From Ignavibacteria bacterium (lineage in GTDB: Bacteria > Bacteroidota > Ignavibacteria > Tepidaquicellales > OLB5), in NCBI GenBank assembly GCA_030835085.1, contig JAUQWQ010000158.1, forward strand, positions 1,125 through 65,124: a stretch of 64,000 nt of DNA. The letters are read 5' to 3'. Numbering within the stretch: position 1 is the stretch's first letter; each line of letters begins with the position of its first letter. Both the position numbers and the translations under genes were made by a program. The notes beneath the pieces are model-generated. The model was not told the origin of the DNA, did not search any database, and was given only the letters and a program-made list of their open reading frames with translations. Shown here piece by piece: positions 56,226 through 64,000 of the stretch.

Positions 56226-58511
56226 TCAGTTACCCGGCGGATTTTCTGTGGGTGATTCTCCGTCCTTGATTAGCTCTTCCTTTTTTAAGTTCTCTTCAGA
56301 TTTCTTTTGTTCATCGTTACCCTGGTCATCAATATTCACTTTTTTTTTGGGATCATTCTTTTCAAATTCTTTCTGAAGCAAAGTCGGGTCAATATCACCT
56401 TCTTTGGTTTCAACTTCCTCTTTCTTTTCAGGTTCGTTATTTATTTCATTGTTTTGCTGTGATTTTGTTCCTGAAGTATCAATTATATTTGTTTTATTGA
56501 ATGTTTCGTACTCTTCAACTTTCTGCATTACAATAGCTGCTGCTTCTGAATTTGGTACACCTTTTACCAGCGATGAATAATAATAATATGCACTGTCATT
56601 ATTATAAATAATATTTTCATATATCCAGCCTGCACCAAAATACGCTTTATCAAGGTGTACCGATGAGGGGTAAACTGATATCAGTCCCCTGAAATCTTCC
56701 AGCGCTGCCCGGTAATCTTTATTAATAAATTTATTTTCGGCTGAGCTGTATATGGAATCACTTGCATCACCTGTAAATTCATCAACCATAGACATATTAA
56801 GCAGTTTCCTGCTGGAATTTGCTACAGGTGATCGCGGATAATCACGAACAATGATATTTAAAACTTCTTCACTCTTTGCATTATCATTCTGTTTGCGGTA
56901 TAATTCTGAAAGCGCAAAAAGAACTTTCGCACTGAAATCATAATCAAAAGATTCATTTAGTGCCTGCTTCAGATATATTTCACTGGAATCCATTCTGTTC
57001 AGGTCATACAAAAACAGTTCGGCAAGCTCAAACTTTGCGGCTGATATCTGCTTTTCTTTTGTGTGTGATGTATCTACTATTGTAAATGTTGAATCTTCCC
57101 CGGTTAAAATACTGTCGGCTAAGTTATTACTCCTGTTACCGCCTGATTTGCCGTTATCAAGCCCCTTTAAAGGATCTTTGCTTGGATCACCTTTTTCAAA
57201 ATCCTTGGTAGTTTTTTTCCTGAACTCTTCATTGTATTCGGTATTTACCGGCTCACCGGTTATGATTCCCCGCAGTTCAAAATATCTTTTGAATATATTG
57301 GCTTTCTTAAAGGCATCCCTGTAATTTACTGCACCTGTATTTTGTTCGGTTGAAAAACGATAGTATAAGTAAGCATTAAGGTAATTATTTTTTGCTTCAT
57401 AATGCTTCCCTATCATGTAACTTGCATCTGCAGAAGGAATTGATGCGGGAAAATTCTTAATAACCTCGTAATACTGGTTAATAGAAAGTTTTTTATCTTT
57501 TTTCTCATCATAATAAATACCCCTCAGGTAATTAACCTGTCCTAAATTCGCAGGTACATCCTTATATTTGATCTGCAGGTCTTCTATTAGGTCATCGGCA
57601 TTACTAAAATCACCGCTTGCAACCAGGTTTTTTGCCCTGTTAAATCTTGCCAGGTACTCCAGGTCATATGATGCATCATAGTCAAGAACTTTATCAAATT
57701 CTTTTGCGGCAAGCTTGGTGTTTGATCTTGCAGTCACAGAAGCGACCAGGAACTGCATCTGCGCTTTGAATTCATTATCACCTGAATATTCTATGGCGCT
57801 TTTGAAATTTTTAACGGCGTTATCAAAATCTTTTTTGTTCAGGTAATATTCTGCAAGCGACTGGTAACTTTCTGATACTACATTTTTTTCTTTTGAATTC
57901 TTTATAAGGTCGTTAAATCTTTCGATAGCCGGTTTTTCATTATCAAGCCTTAGCTGAGTCTTTGCAAGGTAAAGCAATGCTTCATCTAAATATGCGCTTG
58001 ATTTTAGCTTTGAAATGAATTCACTGAATTTTCTTTCAGCTTTAAGGTAGTCTCCAAGGTAAAAATAAGATTTACCTATCAGCAGAACGGAGCGGTCCAT
58101 ATACTGGCTGCTTTTATGGTACTGTATTACCTTCGAAGCTTTTTCTATTGCAATGTTAAATTTATCTATGGATTCCTGCGAAAGGCGGGGCTGTGCGAAA
58201 ATAGAATCCTGCTTCTCGTTATAATTTGCAAGAACACGTGTTGCATAATCATTGTATGCATCATCAAAATTTTCACTTGCGTTAAAGAATGTATTAAAGT
58301 AAGTGCTGAAATTCTCTATCCTGTTGCCTATGAACATAAAGCCGGTGAAATCCTGGAAATTTCTGTCCAATGTTACATCATAATTAGGATCAGGGTCATC
58401 AATTCCCTTGTTCTGGTTTTCATCATAAGTTTTATAATTGAAAGAAGAACAGGCAGAAAGTGCCAAAAGCAGCAAAAAAACAACTATTTTAGGTATTATG
58501 GGGTTTTTCAT
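56226..58511 (-). CDS. large TPR-repeat outer-membrane/periplasmic lipoprotein
   Basis: Lipobox LLLALSAC. Many TPR-like helical repeats (...AL.YLAKTQL..., ...A.F.LAELF...). C-terminal low-complexity tail of about 90 aa, rich in K/E/N/D. Confidence 0.8.
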   Translation of the reverse strand: MKNPIIPKIVVFLLLLALSACSSFNYKTYDENQNKGIDDPDPNYDVTLDRNFQDFTGFMFIGNRIENFSTYFNTFFNASENFDDAYNDYATRVLANYNEKQDSIFAQPRLSQESIDKFNIAIEKASKVIQYHKSSQYMDRSVLLIGKSYFYLGDYLKAERKFSEFISKLKSSAYLDEALLYLAKTQLRLDNEKPAIERFNDLIKNSKEKNVVSESYQSLAEYYLNKKDFDNAVKNFKSAIEYSGDNEFKAQMQFLVASVTARSNTKLAAKEFDKVLDYDASYDLEYLARFNRAKNLVASGDFSNADDLIEDLQIKYKDVPANLGQVNYLRGIYYDEKKDKKLSINQYYEVIKNFPASIPSADASYMIGKHYEAKNNYLNAYLYYRFSTEQNTGAVNYRDAFKKANIFKRYFELRGIITGEPVNTEYNEEFRKKTTKDFEKGDPSKDPLKGLDNGKSGGNRSNNLADSILTGEDSTFTIVDTSHTKEKQISAAKFELAELFLYDLNRMDSSEIYLKQALNESFDYDFSAKVLFALSELYRKQNDNAKSEEVLNIIVRDYPRSPVANSSRKLLNMSMVDEFTGDASDSIYSSAENKFINKDYRAALEDFRGLISVYPSSVHLDKAYFGAGWIYENIIYNNDSAYYYYSSLVKGVPNSEAAAIVMQKVEEYETFNKTNIIDTSGTKSQQNNEINNEPEKKEEVETKEGDIDPTLLQKEFEKNDPKKKVNIDDQGNDEQKKSEENLKKEELIKDGESPTENPPGN

Positions 58512-58735
58512 CAGCTAAAATTAAGCTTTTATAATAGAAATTACAATGGATTATCTGGATTTTTAAACGAAATTTTAAGGTTAATAATTTCCTCTTTTTT
58601 CAATCTTCATGTAATTTTTAATTTTGTATTTTTTAAAACTCATAAATATGATTATATTAAGTTAATAATTTCAATTGATCTTAACAAACAATCTTATAAA
58701 AGATTGAATTATTAACTAATCATACCTAACTGGTT

Positions 58736-58741
58736 GGAGGA
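58736..58741 (+). promoter_or_regulatory. Shine-Dalgarno site supporting ATG 58749
   Basis: GGAGGA 7 nt upstream of ATG 58749. Argues against the TTG 58734 start in the ORF track. Confidence 0.6.
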
Positions 58742-58748
58742 TATTAAC

Positions 58749-61439
58749 ATGAAAACCTTCTTCAAAAAATGTTATTTCTTGATTCATCTCATTTCGTTTC
58801 TTTTTTCTCCCAATTTATTCACACAGACATTTACTCCAGTCGATTTCGAAGCGGCAGGATATGTTACTGAAGTTTATTTAAAACCGTATTTCAACTCATT
58901 TAATCTTTACGCAAGGACAGATATAGGTGGCGTGTATACTACCAGTTATATTTATGATATTGAACAGTCCAGATGGGAATGGGGTGACTGGACGCCATTG
59001 AACTCATTTGCCAAATCTCCTGCAAGTATGCATATCCAGGGATTTGATGCATATGGTTCAAAATTTGTTGCTTGCGGAACTGACTATCTGATCAATGATC
59101 CCGGCAGAGGGTTATGGAGGCAGGATGTGTATGGAAACTGGTCCAAAGTGCTTGATATTAATTATGGCGGTAATGTATTTCATTCAAAGGTCGGTGGAGA
59201 ATGTGTACTAATTGAATATCCGGATATTGGTGATTTCAATATTGTGTATACTGGAGGCAGAGAAATAACCGGGAACAGGAGTACTATCTACCGCTCGGAT
59301 AATGATGGAGTAAACTGGGTAGATATAAATCCTGCTTCGGGTTCATTCGTAACCGGAAATGTCAGTTCTATTATTCTTAACAGAACTGACCTGAATAATA
59401 TATGGGTAGGAACTGATAGAGGTCTCTGGTTTGGCGATAGAAACTCAAATGGAACATTTACATGGCATCAGGTAAAAAGTGCCGCACCGCCTGGTGATAA
59501 CTATGATTATGTTAAATTGTATCAACGTGGACCTAGATCAACATTGTTATATAGTTATGGCACCCCCATTCACCGAATTGTAATGACGCCTGATGGTACC
59601 AAAATATTCTTAAGTCAGGGTGAACAGATATGGAGAGGTGATATTTACTATACCAGAGAAGGAAGACAAGTTTCATGGACTGACCTTACCCCGGCATTTG
59701 ATGGTTATACTCCTACAGGTGATGGCACTAACCTGATTTCGGCAGTTACTTTATTTCCAAATCCTTTTTCCCCGATTATGGGTTTGGTAGTAAGCAGGAT
59801 TGATGTCCCTACTAAAATATCATATGATTATGGGCAAACGTGGTCTGCAGAAATTGACTGTCCCGTTGACCCGAATTCATTGCCGAAACATAAATGTTCT
59901 GCCTGGGATTATCACATTTCATATTCAAGAACAAATTTTACTTATACGGGTTTTGGCTGGTTTTCAAGCGGACCATTTAATCTATACAGATCTCAAACAA
60001 CTGATTTTACAGGTAACTGGGAATTTATGGGTGTAGACAATGAAAACTATACTCAGGGAATAAATTTTCCGGTTGTTTATGATATAACATTTGGACAAAG
60101 CAGTAATCCGTATATGTATATCGGGGTTTCAGATGTTGTTCAGGCTCGTTTCGGCAAAAATGCTTCAAGTAATGGTACGCCTAACAGGTACCATATCATT
60201 GATTACGCCAGGGAAAAGATTCCCGGAGGATGTGATGCTTATATGAGTAATGCCAATCGGATCCTGAATTCACCTGCAAATTCCTCTGCTGTTTTCATGG
60301 TTGGTGGAAACTTATATTCCGGATGGCAATATTCATTTGTAAGAAGTACTGATTACGGTGATAACTTTTCTATTCCTACAACAAACTTACCAATGTATGG
60401 TTGTATAATTGATGCATTGATATCTGATTCAGACCCAAATGAAATGCTGGTATTACTTGGAGGTAATGATAATGCTTTACCAATTGAATCATCGTTGCCA
60501 AGAGGATTATTCAGAACTACAAATGCACTTTCTTCACCTGTCAACTTCCAGCCATGCAGTCAGTTCCCGCTGGTTGGTTCATATGTTGGTGAAGCATTTT
60601 CTCACCAAAAAAACCTTGAAAAAGATCCGGTTTCTGTTAGCATTAAGTATCTTTACTTACAGCAGAATCCTTTTGATAACAACACCGGCGGATTTTTTAA
60701 AAGTACCGACTATGGAGTTACATGGAACTTTGTAACTCGTTCGTTTCCGGGAATTGGTTTTCTAGATGAAGGCTGTCTTGTAAGTACTACATATAATGGA
60801 AGCACTGTATTACTCCTTGCTATCAGAAACCAGGGATTGTTCAGGTCTTTTAACAATGGTTCGAACTGGGAAAAATTAAGCTTTTGGACCTCAGCTTCGC
60901 AGGTCGCAGCTAAAGATAATATTGTATATGTTTTCGGTGACCCTTCAACTGATCCTGAAGTTTTTAATAAGATTTTTAGGTCCGACAATCATGGAACAAC
61001 TTTTCCAAATGAACTTACCAATTCCCAGTACAAGCTGCCTACTGTAACTCATCTAACCATAGATCCATCTAATTCAAATAAATTATGGATAAGTACGACC
61101 GGTCAGGGGGTATACAGTTTCGTATCAAGTAATAACGAAGATGGAGACAGGGTAATAAAACATGAGCTAGCTCCTTTTGAATTCTCATTAAACCAGAATT
61201 ATCCGAATCCATTCAATCCAAAAACCACTATAAACTATTCTGTTGCGCATGGCACTAATATAGAAATCTCGGTTTATGATTTGACCGGAAAAGAAGTTTC
61301 AATTCTGGTAAATGAATATAAGGAAGCTGGCTACTATAAACTGGAGTTTGATGGAAGTAATTTTGCTTCGGGACTTTACTTTTACAAAATGAAAACCGAA
61401 AACTACAGCGAGGTAAAGAAAATGGTGCTAATTAAGTAA
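58749..61439 (+). CDS. Sortilin/BNR-like beta-propeller protein with T9SS type-A CTD
   Basis: Signal peptide. Degenerate Asp-boxes (SDNDGVNW, SYDYGQTW, STDYGDNF, STDYGVTW, SDNHGTTF). CTD NQNYPNPFNPKT...GLYFYKM...KKMVLIK-stop. Confidence 0.8.
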   Translation: MKTFFKKCYFLIHLISFLFSPNLFTQTFTPVDFEAAGYVTEVYLKPYFNSFNLYARTDIGGVYTTSYIYDIEQSRWEWGDWTPLNSFAKSPASMHIQGFDAYGSKFVACGTDYLINDPGRGLWRQDVYGNWSKVLDINYGGNVFHSKVGGECVLIEYPDIGDFNIVYTGGREITGNRSTIYRSDNDGVNWVDINPASGSFVTGNVSSIILNRTDLNNIWVGTDRGLWFGDRNSNGTFTWHQVKSAAPPGDNYDYVKLYQRGPRSTLLYSYGTPIHRIVMTPDGTKIFLSQGEQIWRGDIYYTREGRQVSWTDLTPAFDGYTPTGDGTNLISAVTLFPNPFSPIMGLVVSRIDVPTKISYDYGQTWSAEIDCPVDPNSLPKHKCSAWDYHISYSRTNFTYTGFGWFSSGPFNLYRSQTTDFTGNWEFMGVDNENYTQGINFPVVYDITFGQSSNPYMYIGVSDVVQARFGKNASSNGTPNRYHIIDYAREKIPGGCDAYMSNANRILNSPANSSAVFMVGGNLYSGWQYSFVRSTDYGDNFSIPTTNLPMYGCIIDALISDSDPNEMLVLLGGNDNALPIESSLPRGLFRTTNALSSPVNFQPCSQFPLVGSYVGEAFSHQKNLEKDPVSVSIKYLYLQQNPFDNNTGGFFKSTDYGVTWNFVTRSFPGIGFLDEGCLVSTTYNGSTVLLLAIRNQGLFRSFNNGSNWEKLSFWTSASQVAAKDNIVYVFGDPSTDPEVFNKIFRSDNHGTTFPNELTNSQYKLPTVTHLTIDPSNSNKLWISTTGQGVYSFVSSNNEDGDRVIKHELAPFEFSLNQNYPNPFNPKTTINYSVAHGTNIEISVYDLTGKEVSILVNEYKEAGYYKLEFDGSNFASGLYFYKMKTENYSEVKKMVLIK

Positions 61440-61463
61440 TTCCAGTTACAATAACAACATTTC

Positions 61464-61489
61464 AAACGGGGTTAATAACCCCGTTTTTG
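61464..61489 (+). terminator. rho-independent terminator after 58749-61439
   Basis: ACGGGGTT-AAT-AACCCCGT followed by TTTT. Confidence 0.75.
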
Positions 61490-61603
61490 TTTCATGTTTT
61501 GTTAACAGTTCAAGTTAGTAACTATACGTATTTAATGATTGTTTTTTGCGGGAAAATATAATATTATTCGGAATTAATTCGCAAATTAACAACAAAATCA
61601 CAA

Positions 61604-63580
61604 ATGAAAAGTAAAATTATTTTATTGTTTTTACTGGCTTTTTCCATTTGTGTCAATGCTTATTCACAGATTGACCCGAATGTACCCTTTTCAAATGAAA
61701 CTCATCAAATGAAACTGATACTTCCTAAAGTTCTTCCAACAGAACCGTACGGAATTGACGCAATAATTTCAGTAGGTGCGTTTGATAATTACCAGGTATC
61801 TTCTACCAATGGCTTCGCGGAAACCGATATCGCGGTAAATCCACGTGACCCGAATAACTTTGTTGGAACGGATAACCGGGTTATTACAGGGAGTCCGCTT
61901 ATTTATTATACAACGGATGGCGGTGTTACATGGCTGACTTCTTCTGTAAATGTAAGTCAGGGTGATCCTGTTTTCTGCGCAGATAGTTTAGGAAATTTCT
62001 ACTGTGCTGTACTTTCAAATGGAATCCGACTTCTTAAATCGTCAAATAAAGGCGTAAGCTGGACGAATTTAGGAAACATTGTTACAAACAGTAATGCTGA
62101 TAAAGAATGGATAGCAGCTGATCAAACAGGCGGTCCTTTCCAGAACCATGTTTACATGGCATATGTTAACTTTGCAACCGGGGCAAGTGTTGATTTCCAC
62201 AGGTCTACAAACAATGGCGCTACCTGGAGCTTTGTAGGCAACATGGGAACAGGTAATCCAAACCCGGGTCCGGATATCGCAGTAGGACCGGGCGGCAGAG
62301 TTTATCTTGCATGGTATAACGGCGGAACCGTGGTCAGGGTATCAACAGATGGCGGTGCATCATTCAACGCATCTGTTCAGGCTTCATTCCATTCAACTCC
62401 AGGTGCTCCTGTTGCACCATCAAACCGCTACATGTTAAAAACAAATATTCGTGTAAACGGAATGCCGCATATAGCTGTAGATATGTCATCAACATCAAGA
62501 AGAGGTTATATTTATAATGTTTACGCTTCGAACCCGCCTGGACCCGACGCAGCAGATGTATTCTGTACAAGGTCTACCGATGGCGGCGTTACATGGAGCT
62601 CCAGTGACCCGGTAAGAGTAAATAATGACGCAACATTCACAGATCAGTGGATGTGTGACGTTTCGGTTGATCTGCAGGGCCGAGTTTGGGCTATGTGGTG
62701 GGATTCCAGGAATGATGATCCGGGTAACCTTATGACAGAAACTTACGGCGCAGTTTCAACTGATGGCGGATTAACATTTACTAACTTTAAGATATCAAAC
62801 CAGAATTTTAATCCTGCGGCAGTTAAAATATTCCAGGAAACTAATCATTACTACTTAGGTGATTACCAGGGTATTGCCGGAAGAACAATGACATTCCCGT
62901 TCTATACAGGCCAGAACAATACTTTACAGGATTTCACTGCTTACCTGCCTGATTACGGTATTTCTTTCAATAAAACTATTGATAGCATCAATCCTACTTC
63001 AACATCTGTCGTAAGAATGAGAAACCCTGTTATGGGACCATATTCCGGACAGGTTACATATACAACCAGCATTACCCCATCACCATCACCGGGAACATTA
63101 ACACCGACATTTTCACCTGGTAATGTAAGGACATTTACCGGAGTATCTGACTCAGTATTAATAAATACTACTTCAACCGCAAATGTACCAATGGGCTTGT
63201 ATAATGTAGAAGTTACCGGAACTGAAACTGGTGGCCCAAGGGTACATAAAAGAACTTACCAGATAAGAATTGGTAACTTCGTAGGGATTCAGCAGACAAA
63301 CACTGAAGTTCCGCAGATGTATTCATTGCAGCAGAACTATCCTAATCCGTTTAACCCGGTAACAAATATTAAATTCGGATTACCAAAAGGTTCATTTGTA
63401 ACTTTAAAGATTTATGATATGCTTGGCAGAGAAGTTGCCTCTCTTATCAATAACATGAATCTTGCAGCGGGGAATTATACATATGATTTCAACGCTGTGA
63501 ATGTACCGAGCGGAATTTATTTCTATAAACTCTCCGCAGGTGAATTCTCTGATGTTAAGAAAATGACATTGATAAAATAG
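61604..63580 (+). CDS. sialidase-fold BNR repeat protein with T9SS type-A CTD
   Basis: TTDGGVTW, SSNKGVSW, STNNGATW, STDGGASF, STDGGVTW and STDGGLTF. CTD QQNYPNPFNPVT...GIYFYKL...KKMTLIK-stop. Confidence 0.85.
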   Translation: MKSKIILLFLLAFSICVNAYSQIDPNVPFSNETHQMKLILPKVLPTEPYGIDAIISVGAFDNYQVSSTNGFAETDIAVNPRDPNNFVGTDNRVITGSPLIYYTTDGGVTWLTSSVNVSQGDPVFCADSLGNFYCAVLSNGIRLLKSSNKGVSWTNLGNIVTNSNADKEWIAADQTGGPFQNHVYMAYVNFATGASVDFHRSTNNGATWSFVGNMGTGNPNPGPDIAVGPGGRVYLAWYNGGTVVRVSTDGGASFNASVQASFHSTPGAPVAPSNRYMLKTNIRVNGMPHIAVDMSSTSRRGYIYNVYASNPPGPDAADVFCTRSTDGGVTWSSSDPVRVNNDATFTDQWMCDVSVDLQGRVWAMWWDSRNDDPGNLMTETYGAVSTDGGLTFTNFKISNQNFNPAAVKIFQETNHYYLGDYQGIAGRTMTFPFYTGQNNTLQDFTAYLPDYGISFNKTIDSINPTSTSVVRMRNPVMGPYSGQVTYTTSITPSPSPGTLTPTFSPGNVRTFTGVSDSVLINTTSTANVPMGLYNVEVTGTETGGPRVHKRTYQIRIGNFVGIQQTNTEVPQMYSLQQNYPNPFNPVTNIKFGLPKGSFVTLKIYDMLGREVASLINNMNLAAGNYTYDFNAVNVPSGIYFYKLSAGEFSDVKKMTLIK

Positions 63581-63646
63581 CGCAGCTGTTTTTCATCCCC
63601 TTTGAGGGCAGGAAAACAATTCAGTTTTAAAATGATTTAAATTTTA

Positions 63647-63680
63647 AAAGAGCGTCCCAAACGGACGCTCTTTTTTTTAT
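63647..63680 (+). terminator. rho-independent terminator after 61604-63580
   Basis: GAGCGTCC-CAAAC-GGACGCTC followed by T8. Confidence 0.8.
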
Positions 63681-63784
63681 GTTTATCGCTGCTTTTTGTG
63701 GCACGAATCATTACAGCCTTATTGATTAAATTAAATATCCCATTTGCCAAAATTGTTTTTGACTTAAATACTTTTTGTGTTACT

Positions 63785-63810
63785 TTGCGCCTTTGAGCCT
63801 TAGTGTCACG
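63785..63810 (+). repeat. degenerate copy of the TTTGCGCC octamer array (TTTGCGCC-TTTGAGCC-TTAGTGTC)
   Basis: 20 of 26 positions match 39383-39408. Lies 100 nt upstream of ATG 63911. Confidence 0.4.
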
Positions 63811-63910
63811 CTTTTTATTTTAAATTGTATCGTCAGGATTCTGCTTACATCACTTTTCAAATCATAAATTATAGTTATATTTGAATACACAATTCCTAAA
63901 ATATATTATT

Positions 63911-64000
63911 ATGAAAAAAATTCCTGCTTACCCGGTATTATTTTTAGCAGTTTTACTTTTTTTATTTTCTCCCATTAAAATAAATTCCCAGGATTTTAAC
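63911..64000 (+). CDS. 5' end of a secreted protein gene (partial, runs off window)
   Basis: ATG followed by MKKIPAYPVLFLAVLLFLFSPIKINSQ signal-peptide-like sequence. TATATTTG (TAnnTTTG-like) box about 26 nt upstream. Confidence 0.45.
   Translation, partial: MKKIPAYPVLFLAVLLFLFSPIKINSQDFN

Overview
AT-rich, gene-dense chromosomal segment with about 45 CDS and no rRNA, tRNA, CRISPR array, transposase or phage gene that I could recognise. It looks like an FCB-superphylum diderm (Ignavibacteriota/Bacteroidota-like). This is an inference from seven proteins ending in canonical T9SS type-A C-terminal sorting domains (NYPNPFNP...GIYFYKL...KKMxLxK-stop), one with a divergent CTD, a PorV/PorQ-family barrel, a CarboxypepD_reg-type TonB-dependent receptor, and LptB and MlaE. 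Layout: 0-12.3 kb is housekeeping (cca, xerD, PgpH-like 7TM-HD, kup, and a tightly packed minus-strand operon ybbR-like/CPBP/pdxJ/Sir2/lptB/PIG-L/metallopeptidase). 12.4-28.2 kb is a minus-strand outer-membrane/secretome block: GWxTD protein, PorV-like barrel, 1095-aa CTD protein, TonB-dependent receptor, two paralogous BNR propellers and an S8 protease. 28.4-34.9 kb holds mlaE, acyl-CoA dehydrogenase, meaB, an epimerase, purD and a glycosyltransferase. 34.9-39.5 kb is a low-coding-density stretch around glyQS with several unexplained structured non-coding regions. 39.5-49.7 kb is an envelope-glycan cluster (2 methyltransferases, 2 GTs, YfhO, Wzx-like flippase) interrupted by a CRTAC1-type T9SS cargo gene. 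49.9-64 kb holds a dihaem cytochrome c, three more T9SS propeller proteins, an S9 peptidase, HIT and a large TPR lipoprotein. The best candidate for something undescribed is the SusD-less operon of TonB-dependent receptor + giant atypical-CTD protein + PorV/PorQ-family barrel (13.8-21.2 kb), together with its flanking T9SS cargo array. Secondary items are a kup gene whose conserved N-terminus has no ATG/GTG/TTG start, a YfhO-containing glycan locus in a diderm, TTG-initiated glycan genes, phased TTTG micro-arrays, and orphan hairpins or terminators in long non-coding gaps. All functional calls come from motif and architecture reading by eye. No database search was run.
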